DNA of 64,000 bases from Synechococcus sp. (GTDB lineage Bacteria > Cyanobacteriota > Cyanobacteriia > PCC-6307 > Cyanobiaceae). Below, piece by piece: positions 39,542 through 54,267 of this stretch. The position numbers and the translations under genes are program-made. Below the pieces are notes generated by a model. It saw only the letters and a program-made list of their open reading frames with translations, was not told the DNA's origin and ran no database searches. The stretch is taken from the NCBI GenBank assembly GCA_047284725.1, contig JBJBEO010000001.1:1848203-1912202 (forward strand), read 5' to 3'. Each line of letters begins with the position of its first letter. Position 1 is the first letter of the stretch.

Positions 39542-40078
39542 ATGACCCAAGCTTCCTCGAGCGATGTTCCCGGAATGGGTCGTCGGCAGTTCATGAATCT
39601 GCTGACCTTCGGCTCCGTGACCGGCGTTGCCCTGGGTGCTCTCTATCCGGTGGCCAACTACTTCATCCCTCCCCGCGCAGCAGGTGGCGGTGGTGGAACC
39701 ACCGCAAAAGACGAGCTCGGGAATCCCGTCACAGCCTCTGGCTGGCTGAGCACCCACTCCACAGGCGACCGCAGCCTTGTGCAGGGCTTGAAAGGTGATC
39801 CCACCTACCTGATCGTCGAAGGCGACGACGCCATCGGCAGCTACGGCATCAATGCCATCTGCACCCATCTGGGTTGCGTTGTGCCCTGGAACAGCGGCGC
39901 GAACAAGTTTATGTGTCCTTGTCACGGCAGCCAGTACGACGCCACCGGCAAGGTGGTGCGTGGCCCTGCTCCCCTCTCCCTGGCCCTGGCCAACGTGAGC
40001 GTTGAGAACGACAACGTCTTCGTGAGCCAGTGGACCGAAACCGACTTCCGCACGGGCGAGAAGCCCTGGTGGGCCTGA
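39542..40078 (+). CDS. petC: Cytochrome b6f Rieske iron-sulfur subunit
   Basis: RRQFMN Tat motif, CTHLGC, CPCHGS. Confidence 0.98.
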   Translation: MTQASSSDVPGMGRRQFMNLLTFGSVTGVALGALYPVANYFIPPRAAGGGGGTTAKDELGNPVTASGWLSTHSTGDRSLVQGLKGDPTYLIVEGDDAIGSYGINAICTHLGCVVPWNSGANKFMCPCHGSQYDATGKVVRGPAPLSLALANVSVENDNVFVSQWTETDFRTGEKPWWA

Positions 40079-40122
40079 TCAACCCAAGCGTTTCTCTCTA
40101 CCTCCCCCGCTCCTCGTCCCCC

Positions 40123-41055
40123 ATGCGCCGTCTCCTTTCACCTTTGTTTGCTGCTCTGATCGTCGGCATCGCTGTTCTCACGGCCCCAACAGCCTCCTGG
40201 GCCTATCCCTTCTGGGCTCAACAGAACTACGAAAACCCCAGGGAAGCCACGGGCAAGATCGTTTGCGCCAACTGCCACCTCGCCAAAAAGCTCACTCAGG
40301 TCGAGCTGCCTCAGTCCGTTCTGCCTGACACCGTCTTCACCGCAGCCGTGAAGATTCCCTATGAGCAGGGACTGCAGGAAGTTGGCGCCGATGGCAGCCA
40401 AGTTCCTCTCCAGGTTGGTGCCGTTGTTCAACTGCCCGACGGGTTCACCCTGGCTCCTCAGGATCGCTGGACTGACGCCATCAAAGAAGAGACCGAAGGC
40501 GTCTACTTCACTCAGTACAGCGACGATCAACCCAACATTCTTCTGGTCGGTCCCATCCCCGGCGACCAGCACCAGGAGATCGTGTTCCCGATCCTGTCTC
40601 CCGACCCTTCTGCCGACAGCAACATCCACTTCGGCAAGTACCAGGTATTCGTGGGCGGCAACCGCGGACGAGGCCAGGTCTATCCGACCGGTGAAAAGAG
40701 CAACAACACCCTCTTCACAGCTCCTGCTGCCGGCACGATTAGCGCCATCGCCCCCGGAGAGAATGGCGCCAATGTTGTCACCATCCAAGCCGCCGACGGC
40801 AGCACCACCGACGAAACAATCCCCGTCGGCCCCGAGCTCGCCGTCTCTGTGGGCGACCAGATTGAAGCAGGTGCAGCTTTGACCAACGATCCCAACGTCG
40901 GCGGCTTTGGCCAGATGGACGGGGAGATCGTCCTCCAGAACCCTGTGCGTATCTACGGCCTTCTGGCCTTCTTTGCCGCAGTGGCACTTGCTCAGATCCT
41001 GCTGGTGCTGAAGAAGAAGCAGGTTGAGAAGGTTCAGGCAGCTGAGGGCGTCTGA
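40123..41055 (+). CDS. petA: Apocytochrome f
   Basis: [29 protein letters not shown]. Confidence 0.98.
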   Translation: MRRLLSPLFAALIVGIAVLTAPTASWAYPFWAQQNYENPREATGKIVCANCHLAKKLTQVELPQSVLPDTVFTAAVKIPYEQGLQEVGADGSQVPLQVGAVVQLPDGFTLAPQDRWTDAIKEETEGVYFTQYSDDQPNILLVGPIPGDQHQEIVFPILSPDPSADSNIHFGKYQVFVGGNRGRGQVYPTGEKSNNTLFTAPAAGTISAIAPGENGANVVTIQAADGSTTDETIPVGPELAVSVGDQIEAGAALTNDPNVGGFGQMDGEIVLQNPVRIYGLLAFFAAVALAQILLVLKKKQVEKVQAAEGV

Positions 41056-41060
41056 GGTCT

Positions 41061-41948
41061 GTGACGCTGACTGCGGTATTCACATCCCCTGGGCCCGAGT
41101 TCTTACAGCTCGGGCCTTTTGTTCTGCGCTGGTACGGGCTTCTGATTGCCCTGGCCGTCTTGATCGGGCTGAGTCTTTCCAGCTGGCTGGCACAACAGCG
41201 TCAACTGGAACAAGGCTTGATCAGCGATCTGCTGCCGATCCTGGTGCTCTCTGCCGTGATCGGTGCGCGGATTTATTACGTTGCGTTCGAGTGGCGGAAC
41301 TATGCCGGTGCTCCGCTCAAGGCTCTCGCGATCTGGGAAGGAGGCATCGCCATTCACGGTGCTCTGATTGCAGGAACACTGGCGGTGATCGGCTTCTGCC
41401 GGTGGCGCCGCCAATCCTTCTGGACCGTGCTGGATGTGCTGGTTCCATCTGTTGCTCTGGGCCAGGCGATCGGCCGCTGGGGCAACTTTTTCAACAGTGA
41501 AGCCTTCGGTGTTCCCACCGACCTCCCTTGGAAGCTCGCGATTCAGAACGTGCCTCCGAGATTGCAGACCCTCTTGGAAACGGCCGGGTTTGCTCAAACC
41601 CAGTTCTTCCACCCCACGTTTCTCTACGAATCCATCTGGAATCTCGGTGTGTTTGCCCTGCTGATCCTGCTCTTTCTCCAGGGACGGAAGGGCACCATCC
41701 AGTTGCCTGCCGGCGCCCTGAGCTGCGTTTATCTACTGGTCTACAGCCTTGGCCGTTTCTGGATTGAGGGACTTCGCATCGACCCTCTCTGTCTGGGGGG
41801 ACTTCCCCCATTCTGCGAGGGGGGACTTCGAATGGCCCAGGTGATGAGCTTTGGCCTCATGCTTCTCGCTGCTGCAGGCTTGTGGCGGCTGTATGGCCAT
41901 CACCGTGAGCTGCCCGATCCGGGCCTTCGTTCAGGACCAACCCCTTGA
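41061..41948 (+). CDS. lgt: Prolipoprotein diacylglyceryl transferase
   Basis: [35 protein letters not shown]. Confidence 0.96.
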   Translation: MTLTAVFTSPGPEFLQLGPFVLRWYGLLIALAVLIGLSLSSWLAQQRQLEQGLISDLLPILVLSAVIGARIYYVAFEWRNYAGAPLKALAIWEGGIAIHGALIAGTLAVIGFCRWRRQSFWTVLDVLVPSVALGQAIGRWGNFFNSEAFGVPTDLPWKLAIQNVPPRLQTLLETAGFAQTQFFHPTFLYESIWNLGVFALLILLFLQGRKGTIQLPAGALSCVYLLVYSLGRFWIEGLRIDPLCLGGLPPFCEGGLRMAQVMSFGLMLLAAAGLWRLYGHHRELPDPGLRSGPTP

Positions 41949-41958
41949 TCCAGCTGTG

Positions 41959-42747
41959 ATGATTCACCCAGCGGTGTCCCCCACGCCAGTTCATGCCGCC
42001 GTTTCCATCGTGGGAGCTGGGCCTGGAGCGCCTGATCTGCTCACTCGCAGAGCGGAAAACAGGATCAAGCAAGCCGATGTCTTGGTCTGGACCGACTCAC
42101 TCGTCTCACCTCAAATTGCAGCCCTGGCAGCGGATGGCTGCGAAAGCGTCCGAACCAGCACCCTCACCCTGGAAGAGGTGCTTCCCCTCATGATCGACAG
42201 AGCCCAGAAGGGCCTCAAAGTTGTGCGTCTTCATGACGGTGACCCTTGCCTGTATGGAGCCCTGTCTGAACAGGTGTGTGGCCTGGCGGATGCCGGGATC
42301 GGTGTGGATGTGGTGCCGGGCATCAGCGCCTATCAAGCCACAGCCTCCGCAATGAACGCTGAATTGACGATTCCAGGCGTGGTGCAAACCATCGTGCTCA
42401 GCAGGGCCGGTGGACGCACTGGCGTCCCTGATGCCGAGAATCTCGCCAATCTGGCGCGGCTCCAAGCATCGCTGTGCCTCTATCTCAGCGCTCGTCATGT
42501 GGACGAGGTTCAGACCACCTTGCTGGAGCATTACCCAGACGACACGCCAGTCGCCATCGGCTACCGCGTGAGCTGGCCTGATCAATGGCTGCAAGTGGTT
42601 CCCCTCAAGGACATGGCCAGGGTGTCGCAAGATCGGAAACTGATCCGAACCACTCTTTATCTGGTGAGCCCAGCCCTGGCCCACCAAGGTCGACGTTCTC
42701 TGCTGTATTCCCCCAGCCATGACCACCTTTTCCGCCCCCATCGCTGA
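41959..42747 (+). CDS. cobM: Precorrin-4/cobalt-precorrin-4 C11-methyltransferase
   Basis: VGAGPGAPDLLT, RLHDGDP, VPGISA, SWPDQ. Confidence 0.93.
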   Translation: MIHPAVSPTPVHAAVSIVGAGPGAPDLLTRRAENRIKQADVLVWTDSLVSPQIAALAADGCESVRTSTLTLEEVLPLMIDRAQKGLKVVRLHDGDPCLYGALSEQVCGLADAGIGVDVVPGISAYQATASAMNAELTIPGVVQTIVLSRAGGRTGVPDAENLANLARLQASLCLYLSARHVDEVQTTLLEHYPDDTPVAIGYRVSWPDQWLQVVPLKDMARVSQDRKLIRTTLYLVSPALAHQGRRSLLYSPSHDHLFRPHR

Positions 42748-42788
42748 GCAAGGGAAGGCACCCGTGGTGGTCTAAGATCCATTGGTGC

Positions 42789-42860
<72 letters not shown>

Positions 42861-42969
42861 TTGTTTTTTGGCATTCAGCCCACGTTTGGCTGAGATATTG
42901 CTTAAAAGAAAGACAACTTTGACCATCTCTTCTATGGTCAGGCCGAACGAGCAGCTTGGTTCACTGCTT

Positions 42970-43800
42970 ATGGCGATTTTCAAACACGCCCAGAGCGAGT
43001 CAAACAATACGTTCGAGACACTTCAATCCAACGATCTCGTCAGTACTGGAGCAGCACTGAGGGAAGGTCGAGAAGCGCAGAGGCTCAGCCTTCACGACCT
43101 TGCGTCGCAACTCAACATGGGCGACGAACAGCTGACAGCCCTCGAAACGGGTGACCGATCCAATCTTCCTGAAGCCGTTTTCATCAGGGCCTCCGTGCGG
43201 CGGGTTGCCAACAAGCTGGGATTAGACCCCGAACCACTGATTGCCCAGCTTCGAGATCTCGACCAGACCTCAGCGCAACAGACTTCACAACCCATTCCAG
43301 ATCCAAACAGCCTGCTGAACGCCAACCGCTCAATGGGGTCAGCAACATCCAAGAAGCCTGTGCGACTCGGATGGGGTTGGCTCCGTTTCGCGTCAGGACT
43401 CGCGGCTGTCAGCGCAGTGGCGGTTGCTGGCTGGAGATGGAGTCAGAGCACCAATTTTCAGACACAACAACCTCCGCAGCCCAACAATGAAGTGGCTGCA
43501 AAGCCTCTTGCAGCTCCAACGTCATCAGCTCAAAACAAGGCCCCGAACACGGTCACAATCATCACCAGTCAACCCAGCTGGATCGCGATCCGCAATCGGG
43601 GCGGTGCGCTGTTGTTTGAAGGCATGGTCGAGAAGGAGAAAACCCTGACAACATCGCAACCTCTGGAGATCTACGCAGGCAGACCCGACCTCGTACAAGT
43701 GCTGTCAGGTAGTGACCAGCAGGGCCCTCTGGGATCCATCGATCAGGTGCGCTGGTATCCGATTAATGCTGCACCGTCACCGACAGCTGCAACCCTGTGA
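42970..43800 (+). CDS. RodZ-like HTH/TM/DUF4115 protein
   Basis: GAALREGRE...ALETGD...LPEAVF HTH, single TM, SWIAIR...GRPDLV; start uncertain. Confidence 0.85.
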   Translation: MAIFKHAQSESNNTFETLQSNDLVSTGAALREGREAQRLSLHDLASQLNMGDEQLTALETGDRSNLPEAVFIRASVRRVANKLGLDPEPLIAQLRDLDQTSAQQTSQPIPDPNSLLNANRSMGSATSKKPVRLGWGWLRFASGLAAVSAVAVAGWRWSQSTNFQTQQPPQPNNEVAAKPLAAPTSSAQNKAPNTVTIITSQPSWIAIRNRGGALLFEGMVEKEKTLTTSQPLEIYAGRPDLVQVLSGSDQQGPLGSIDQVRWYPINAAPSPTAATL

Positions 43801-45385
43801 CCTCTTCAACAACCGGGGAACACTCTTCGAGACTCCACTGTTCGAGACTGAGATTCTGATTCAGGCGCTCAGGCACCAACTCACAGGACAGAACCCCAGC
43901 TGCAGCGCTCACCTGAATGGATTTAATCACAGGTTCCGGTCGCCGGTCGAGCGATGCAGCCAACCTGAGCAAAAGGGCCATTTCTGACACTGTTCGGCGT
44001 TCAGAGCGGGATGACAAGCACTGCCATGACTCATGCCGCTTCTTGGGGAGGCTGCGGCGGTGATAGCGGGCGATGGCCGCCACCATCAGATGTTCGTTCT
44101 CCGAATAGCCCAGCAGTTCACCGTGGCGGATCAGATACCAGGAATGTTTGTGATAGGCACTGAGATTGATGTGCTGACCGCAGGCATGCAGCATCGCTGC
44201 TGCCCATAGAAGTTCACGTCCTGGTCCTGGATCGCGATGCAGAACGCCGACTGTGCTGTCGTAAAGACAGAGTGCGTGGCTGACGACGCGCTCGGCACGC
44301 TGCTGATCCACAGCGAAGCGCTGCACTTGGTGCATCACAGTGCGCTCCCGAATATTGCTCTGAAAACTGAAACGATCTTCGAGCAACCCTTGGCGCAACA
44401 TCCAATCCACGATCAGGCCCTCGCGGAGGGCCCGTTCGCTCAGCACCAGATCCTCAACACCAAGCATCTGCATGCTGGTCTGGAGAATGAGCGCTCCAGG
44501 AACAATAATCTCAGCACGCCGATCATTGATGGGGGCTAGGTCCCTGCGTTGTTCTGGGTTGAGGCGAGTCAGCTTGTCGACCACCTGATCAAGCCGCTTC
44601 CGACGGATGCGATAGCCGTGAAGCTTCTGGGGAGGTCGATCATCGTTGCTGGCGACCAGAGCACCAACCGCCATCGCCGTCCCGCTCGTCGCCACCATCA
44701 GCGGGCTTTCGCGAGGATGGATCCGGCGCTTCACCTTCTCCACGGCCGGCTCGAGAGACCCCTGGATGTAGGCACGGAGAAAGGCCAGCCCTTGGGGAGG
44801 CAAGGGATCTTCGGTGACGAAGTCCCGTTGCAGGCGCACGGCACCGATGCGGGTGCTGGTCAATGCACGCGCATCACGCCCATCCGCCAGGATCAGTTCG
44901 GTGGATCCACCCCCGATGTCCAGCAGGAGGTGTGGGCGATCGCCGAACGACATTCCCGAGAGCACGCCGAGATAAATCAGGCGGGCTTCCTCAGGTCCAC
45001 TGACCAGATCAACGTCGAGATCGAGTTCGTCTTTGAGTTGCTGGAGAAAATCGCGTCCGTTCGGGGCCTCCCGCACGGCACTGGTGGCAGCCGTGACGAT
45101 CTGTTCCACCTGATGACTGGCCGCCAGTTGTGTGAACCTGCGCAGGGCATCCATGCCGCGGCCAAGGGCAGCATGGGTGATGGCACCACTCTCAGGATCC
45201 CTTTCTCCCAGGCGGGTGGTTGACTTTTCCGCAAGCACCACAGTGAAGGTGCGCAGTTCAGGGTCAACAGCCGCCACCAGCAGATGCGTGGAGTTGGTCC
45301 CGATATCAATCGCAGCGACACGCCGAAGCAAGCGTCCTGCTCTGCGCTGAGTGGGATCGGAAGCCGCGGCGTCGGCACCTGGCAT
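43763..45385 (-). CDS. ppx: Ppx/GppA exopolyphosphatase
   Basis: AIDIGTNS, ATSAVREA, EEAR, DIGGGSTE, LREG. Confidence 0.95.
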   Translation of the reverse strand: MPGADAAASDPTQRRAGRLLRRVAAIDIGTNSTHLLVAAVDPELRTFTVVLAEKSTTRLGERDPESGAITHAALGRGMDALRRFTQLAASHQVEQIVTAATSAVREAPNGRDFLQQLKDELDLDVDLVSGPEEARLIYLGVLSGMSFGDRPHLLLDIGGGSTELILADGRDARALTSTRIGAVRLQRDFVTEDPLPPQGLAFLRAYIQGSLEPAVEKVKRRIHPRESPLMVATSGTAMAVGALVASNDDRPPQKLHGYRIRRKRLDQVVDKLTRLNPEQRRDLAPINDRRAEIIVPGALILQTSMQMLGVEDLVLSERALREGLIVDWMLRQGLLEDRFSFQSNIRERTVMHQVQRFAVDQQRAERVVSHALCLYDSTVGVLHRDPGPGRELLWAAAMLHACGQHINLSAYHKHSWYLIRHGELLGYSENEHLMVAAIARYHRRSLPKKRHESWQCLSSRSERRTVSEMALLLRLAASLDRRPEPVIKSIQVSAAAGVLSCELVPERLNQNLSLEQWSLEECSPVVEEVTGLQLSVTVQH

Positions 45386-45390
45386 CGACG

Positions 45391-46383
45391 GTGACGTGGG
45401 AACCGATCACACTCTGCCACCGGTGGCCGGCCCTGGGATGGAACTGCCTATGGTTTTTCGAAACATCCAGCAACGTGACCGGCGCATCCCAACGCCAACC
45501 TCTATCTGCTTTGTCCAACTGGTTTCAGCTGCTGCGCTGGAACAAGCCCAGTGGACGCCTGATCCTGTTGATCCCAGCCGGCTGGAGTCTCTGGCTGACA
45601 CCCAACCGACCACCCGATCTCTTTCTGATGCTGCTGATTGTGGCAGGAGGCCTGAGCGTCTCCGCTGCGGGTTGCATCGCCAACGACCTCTGGGACCAGG
45701 GTTTCGATCGTCAGGTCGAACGCACCAAGAACCGGCCCCTGGCCCGGGGTGGACTCCCTGTCACAACGGCCGTCACATCCCTGCTCAGCCTCCTGGTGGT
45801 GAGCCTTCTGGTGGTGATGGCGCTACCGAATGAGGGACGCAGGCTTTGCCTGTTGCTGGCGCTCCTGGCCTTGCCGCCGATCCTGCTTTACCCCTCCGCA
45901 AAACGCTGGTTCCCCTTCCCCCAAGCCGTGCTGGCGCTCTGCTGGGGGTTCGCCGTCTTGATTCCCTGGGCTGCCGCTCAAGGACACCTGAGCACAGCGC
46001 CTCCACTGGTGCTCTGCTGGCTTGCCACCCTGACCTGGACCTTCGGCTTTGACACGGTTTATGCGATGGCCGATCGAGTCGACGATCAAAGACTGGGGCT
46101 TCACAGCAGTGCCCTGACGCTGGGGGCTGCTGCGGTTCCAGTGGTCACCGTCTGTTATGGAATCACCGTGCTGGCCCTCGCTGCGGCAGCCGTCACCGCC
46201 CAACTTGGAGTCCTGTTCTGGCCCTTCTGGGCTCTCGCCTCAGCAGGAATGCTGTTGGAACCCCGGCAGCTAAACCGCTTCCAACAACAATCGATGTCGG
46301 TGTATGGGAAGCACTTCAAACACCAGGTCTGGCTTGGGAGCCTGATGCTGCTGGCACTAGTCATGGGGGGTCTGCAGGGATGA
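45391..46383 (+). CDS. ubiA: 4-hydroxybenzoate polyprenyl(solanesyl)transferase, UbiA family
   Basis: RWNKPSG, NDLWD..FD..VERTKNRPL, YPSAKR, DTVYAMAD; true start probably near 45475. Confidence 0.92.
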   Translation: MTWEPITLCHRWPALGWNCLWFFETSSNVTGASQRQPLSALSNWFQLLRWNKPSGRLILLIPAGWSLWLTPNRPPDLFLMLLIVAGGLSVSAAGCIANDLWDQGFDRQVERTKNRPLARGGLPVTTAVTSLLSLLVVSLLVVMALPNEGRRLCLLLALLALPPILLYPSAKRWFPFPQAVLALCWGFAVLIPWAAAQGHLSTAPPLVLCWLATLTWTFGFDTVYAMADRVDDQRLGLHSSALTLGAAAVPVVTVCYGITVLALAAAAVTAQLGVLFWPFWALASAGMLLEPRQLNRFQQQSMSVYGKHFKHQVWLGSLMLLALVMGGLQG

Positions 46384-47258
46384 ACACCTCCAGCCCGAGT
46401 CTGCGCCAAGGGGATGCTGTGGCCGTTGTCGCCGCCAGCTCCGCCTATGACGATTGCGAACCACTCCGCCGCGGCCTCGAGGTACTGAACAGCTGGGGAC
46501 TGCGCACGGATCCCGAAGCCATACCTCAGCGACGCTGGGGCTATCTGGCTGGGGATGACGCCTCCCGGCATCACGATCTGCAGCCGAATCCACCTGCACC
46601 ACTCCTGGCCTGTGCCCGAGGCGGATGGGGAGCGGCTCGCCTTCTGGAGAGGCCCATTCGCTGGCAGCGGGGCTGGCTTCTCGGCTTCTCTGATGTCACA
46701 GCACTGCTGTTGTCACGCTTGAGCGCAGGCATCGACGGTGGCATCCATGGCCCTCTGCTGAGCACACTGGCCGCCGAGCCGAAATGGAGTCAGCAACGGT
46801 TACGGGATCTGCTGTTCGGAGCCGAGTTGCCTCCGCTCCATGGCCAGGGCTGGGTGAAAGGGCAGATCAGCGGCCCCTTGATCGCCGCCAACCTCACCGT
46901 GGCCTCCCACCTGCTGGGCAGCCCTCACATGCCCCGATTGGATGGGGCCATCCTGATCCTGGAAGATGTGAGTGAGAGTCCTTACCGGCTCGACCGCATG
47001 CTCACCCACTGGCGTCTGACTGGCAGCCTGCAGAGACTGGCGGGGCTTGGCTTCGGTCGCTTCAGCCACTGTGCCGACGATGATGACAACGGGGCTGGTT
47101 TCAGCTGGCGTGAGGTCCTGCAGGAGCGCAGCGCAGACCTTGGCATTCCCGTGGTGGCAGACCTGCCCGTGGGTCATGGTCCGGAAGGCAATGCAGCCCT
47201 GCCGATGGGACGCCCCGCCTGCCTGGATGCGAACCAGGGGGAACTCAGGCTGCTCTGA
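46380..47258 (+). CDS. ldcA: LD-carboxypeptidase (S66)
   Basis: ARGGWG, GFSDVT, HGP, LEDVSE, VGHG. Confidence 0.9.
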   Translation: MNTSSPSLRQGDAVAVVAASSAYDDCEPLRRGLEVLNSWGLRTDPEAIPQRRWGYLAGDDASRHHDLQPNPPAPLLACARGGWGAARLLERPIRWQRGWLLGFSDVTALLLSRLSAGIDGGIHGPLLSTLAAEPKWSQQRLRDLLFGAELPPLHGQGWVKGQISGPLIAANLTVASHLLGSPHMPRLDGAILILEDVSESPYRLDRMLTHWRLTGSLQRLAGLGFGRFSHCADDDDNGAGFSWREVLQERSADLGIPVVADLPVGHGPEGNAALPMGRPACLDANQGELRLL

Positions 47259-47937
47259 CCGACAGCACCGCCTCGGCGACCACCAGGTCAAAACGGGTGG
47301 TGACCTTGATGTTGCCCGGGCCGGCATCCAGCACTTTCACCTCCCAGCCCAACCGTTCGTAAAGAGAGGCATCGTCGGTGACCTCCCAGCCCAGGCGGCA
47401 GGCCTTGGCATGGCCCTCCCGCAACTGCTCGACAGCAAATCCCTGCGGCGTCTGAGCCGCCCAGAGCTCAGACCGACAGGGGGTGGCCGTGATCACCCCA
47501 CTGCCATCCACCCGTTTGATCGTGTCGGAGACAGGTGTGGCGGCAATCACGGCATCACCGGCACGCACCGCCTCGGCGCAACGGTCGAAAAGAGCGGGCT
47601 CCACCAAGCAGCGAGCGCCATCGTGGATCAGCACATGACGTGCCTCAGAGGGCAAGCCGGCCAGCCCCTGCAGCACCGACTCCTGCCGGGTCGCTCCGCC
47701 CTGAATCCAACAGACCGGTATGGCCGACAGCTCTGGACGACAGTTCTTGATGATTGTTTCAATCGCCGCCCGGTCACTCTCCTGACCCACAATCCCGATC
47801 CAGCGGATCGTCCTGGCCTGCAGAGCAGCCTGCAGGGTCCAGGCCAGCACAGGCCGCTGCAGGAGAGGTAACAGCAACTTGTTGCGATCGGCCCCCATGC
47901 GACGACCACTTCCCGCAGCGGCGATCAACAGATGCAC
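47245..47937 (-). CDS. ispD: 2-C-methyl-D-erythritol 4-phosphate cytidylyltransferase
   Basis: [41 protein letters not shown] start. Confidence 0.95.
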   Translation of the reverse strand: MHLLIAAAGSGRRMGADRNKLLLPLLQRPVLAWTLQAALQARTIRWIGIVGQESDRAAIETIIKNCRPELSAIPVCWIQGGATRQESVLQGLAGLPSEARHVLIHDGARCLVEPALFDRCAEAVRAGDAVIAATPVSDTIKRVDGSGVITATPCRSELWAAQTPQGFAVEQLREGHAKACRLGWEVTDDASLYERLGWEVKVLDAGPGNIKVTTRFDLVVAEAVLSVRAA

Positions 47938-48011
47938 AAGCGACTCCTGCAAAAGGCAGGGGGAAACGGCCTCCATACAATCAGCTCGCATCCCATTTGT
48001 GCTGCTGGTTC

Positions 48012-48844
48012 ATGCGCGTTCTTGCCCTTAGCCCGGGGAGCCTTCAGCAGCAACTCGAACGGCTGCCCGTGGTCGCAGCCACTGCCGAGCAGCTCGAATC
48101 CACCGTTCAGGTGGCCTGTCCGATCGCCCATCGCCAGATCTGGGAGCTGGTGCCGGCCGTTGAAAAGGTGATCCCCTTTGCCTTTGATGAGGGGTCGACC
48201 CTGGCCGACTGGGCCAATCTGCTCGGCTGTGTTCGCGAGCCCGACTTCCAGGTGTGCCTGAACTTCGCCTCAGGGCGCCAGGTGAATCTGATGCTGGGCA
48301 TGAGCCACATCCCCACACGCCTGGCCTTCGACGGCTTCGCCACAACCCACAAGGTGCAGCACACCGATGGCTGGAAAGCTCAGCAGCTCAGCGGCTTTGC
48401 ACAGGCCATCGGCCTGACGCTGAAGGCCGATGATTTTCGCCTTTCTCTGCCTGCAAAAAGCCTCGACCACATCCGATCGGAGCAGCCAGCAGGCAATGGC
48501 CCACTCCTGCTGCTGGCCCCGAACGGTGAGGCGACTGACTGGCCCACCGACCATTGGCAGAGCCTGACAGAGACCATCCGCCAGCGCCTGGCATCCCTGC
48601 GCAGGCAGCAGGTGTCCTCCGAGACCAAACTAATCACCCGTGCTGCACTTGTTGCCTGTGCCGACGTGGTGCTGAGCAGTTGCCCGGTCACACAACTGCT
48701 GGCGGTCTACACCGGTGTGCCGCTCGTGGCCCTTGGCACCAACCCTGCGGATCTGCCCCAACGGGAGGGACTGCGCTGTCTTGGAGACCGCAGCAGCCTG
48801 GAGCACCTTGGTGAGCAAGAGGTCCTCTCCGCCCTTGGGTTCTG

Positions 48845-48845
<1 letters not shown>
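48012..48845 (+). CDS. Glycosyltransferase family 9-like protein
   Basis: MRVLALSPG, LADWANLLG, W-P and QLLAVYTGVPLVAL motifs. Confidence 0.75.
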
Positions 48846-50778
<1,933 letters not shown>

Positions 50779-50781
50779 AGC

Positions 50782-50958
50782 TCAACGCGATAGCGGCTGA
50801 GTCAAGGCATCGCGCAGCCGCCGAATCCGCTGAAGCAGGCGCAGCCGCCTGCTTCTTTCCGTGGCCGTCAGGAAGATTCGCAACGGCACATAGACCAAAG
50901 CCATTGCTGCTGCCAGGGCCGCAATCAAGATGAAGGATTGGGAGCCGACATCGTTCAT
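50782..50958 (-). CDS. Small membrane protein, 58 aa (MNDVGSQSFILIAALAAAMALVYVPLRIFLTATERSRRLRLLQRIRRLRDALTQPLSR)
   Basis: Hand translation, below the track cutoff; TM helix plus Arg-rich helix; fits the fabG-groL gap. Confidence 0.7.
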   Translation of the reverse strand: MNDVGSQSFILIAALAAAMALVYVPLRIFLTATERSRRLRLLQRIRRLRDALTQPLSR

Positions 50959-51087
50959 GAACGGACGTTAACGAGCTCGTGACAACAGGGCACCATCCGG
51001 TCGCACTTGATTCGGCTTTCCCCACCCGACAGGTGCTTCGAAGGGTCAGGTCCCTATGGGACATTGACCAACGGGTACCTGTAGATC

Positions 51088-52764
<1,677 letters not shown>

Positions 52765-52792
52765 TGCCAAAGCCCGGCAGGACCCAATGACG

Positions 52793-53002
52793 TCAGAGGG
52801 AACGAACAAGCCGGGCATGAATTCTGCACACCGTGAGTGCTTCCTGGGGCGGCCGCCTGCACAGCCGCCCCAGTTCACGATTCAGTGCCTGAAGCTCCCC
52901 CATCGGCAATCCAGCGAGCGGAACGGCAAAGACCAGGCCGCCGAGGGCAAGATTCAACGGCAGCAGCAGCCGAAGTCTCTTCACGGGTCTCTCGCGTCTC
53001 AT
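52793..53002 (-). CDS. Small hypothetical membrane protein
   Basis: Hydrophobic N-terminus, LC..PPQEALTVCRIHARL. Confidence 0.55.
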   Translation of the reverse strand: MRRERPVKRLRLLLPLNLALGGLVFAVPLAGLPMGELQALNRELGRLCRRPPQEALTVCRIHARLVRSL

Positions 53003-53093
53003 CCGATTCTGGGCCGATTGGCGTCACCTGTGTCAATTCCTCAGCTTCGCTTCCAGGGATCCCTGAGATCAGGGTTGGTGGCTGTCCTCGCCC

Positions 53094-53786
53094 TCAGCGA
53101 GCGATCTGTCGGCAGTAAGCCGCAACCTGAAGATCGACCCCGGTGATGGCAGTGCCAACCACCACACAGTTCGCGCCATGGTCCAACGCCTGAACCGCCA
53201 TCGCAGCGGACGCGATGCCTCCTTCACAGATCAGAGGCACGGACGGCGGCAGCTGCTGACGCAGAGGCCGCAGCAGATCCAAGCCTGGAGGGGTGTCCTG
53301 ACGGGTTTCGCCTGTGTAGCCAAAGAGTGTCGTGCCGACCCAGCGGCAGCCCAGCTCTGCCGCCCTCAGACCATTCGCAACACTGTCGACATCAGCCATC
53401 AACGGAGCGCCTAAGTCATCCATCGCCCGCTGCACCAACGTTTGGAGTTGTTCACCATCGGGGCGAGCCCGGGACGTGGCATCGAGAGCGACAACATCGG
53501 CCCCCGCACCCCACACCGCCTTGATCTCGTGCCATCGAGGCGTGATGTAGACCTCGCTGTCTGGGAAGGTGCGTTTCCACAAACCGATGATCAGGGCTTC
53601 AGGGCATCGGCGCCGCACGGCACCGATGTGCTCCGGACTCTCAAGCCTGACACCGATGGCCCCGTTGTTCAGGCTTGCTTCCGCCATGGCTGCGATCACC
53701 TCGGGATCTCGCATCGGCGAAGCTTCGGGGGCCTGAACAGACACAATCAGCCCTCCCTGAAGGCTGGAGAGATCCAACTTGGCCAT
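53094..53786 (-). CDS. nanE: N-acetylmannosamine-6-phosphate 2-epimerase
   Basis: GLIVSVQA, IIGLWK, YITP, MAD, GTTLFGYT, EGGI, VVGTAIT. Confidence 0.92.
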   Translation of the reverse strand: MAKLDLSSLQGGLIVSVQAPEASPMRDPEVIAAMAEASLNNGAIGVRLESPEHIGAVRRRCPEALIIGLWKRTFPDSEVYITPRWHEIKAVWGAGADVVALDATSRARPDGEQLQTLVQRAMDDLGAPLMADVDSVANGLRAAELGCRWVGTTLFGYTGETRQDTPPGLDLLRPLRQQLPPSVPLICEGGIASAAMAVQALDHGANCVVVGTAITGVDLQVAAYCRQIAR

Positions 53787-53789
53787 TGC

Positions 53790-54263
53790 TCAGGAGGCCC
53801 TGGGGAGCTCGTCAGCTCTCGCAGGCAGCCAACGGCGCAACCGATCAAGGCGGGGGGCCGGCGGAGGCGGCATCTGCTCTGGTGCCACGAGGGGAATACG
53901 GGAGAGTCTGCTGGTCGCAGAGGAGTGATCAGCTCTGGCATCACTCACAACATCGATGGAGGCTGGCTCTACCTGCAGAGAGGGTTCAACGACCAACGCA
54001 TCCGTCTCATCCACCCTGATCGAAGGCAGCGATGACGCGGACTCATCAGCGCCGTCTCCTCCTGTTGTGATGTCCTCAGTCGAATCCTCCGAGGCCAGAG
54101 GATCACGCGTCAGTTGGTGCAGGGTGGCAACGCCGTAGCGATGAACCCATTGGCGTTCAATCCTTTTGATCGCGAGGTGGTCACCCTGGGAACGGGCGTG
54201 GAGGAGTTGCTGACGCAATGCATCGCGTCGTCGCTGGGGCAGAGAGGCGCTGGAAGCAGTCAC
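53790..54263 (-). CDS. Hypothetical protein
   Basis: QWVHRYG and PPAPRLDRLRRWLP motifs; sits within the operon run. Confidence 0.65.
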   Translation of the reverse strand: MTASSASLPQRRRDALRQQLLHARSQGDHLAIKRIERQWVHRYGVATLHQLTRDPLASEDSTEDITTGGDGADESASSLPSIRVDETDALVVEPSLQVEPASIDVVSDARADHSSATSRLSRIPLVAPEQMPPPPAPRLDRLRRWLPARADELPRAS

Positions 54264-54267
54264 AGGA

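Noticed and set aside
42861..42969. Element integrated at tRNA-Val
   Set aside because: Only a short AT-richer promoter region; no tRNA 3' duplication or integrase, and core genes follow
50959..51087. CIRCE element upstream of groL
   Set aside because: No TTAGCACTC-N9-GAGTGCTAA match; only a partial GCACT
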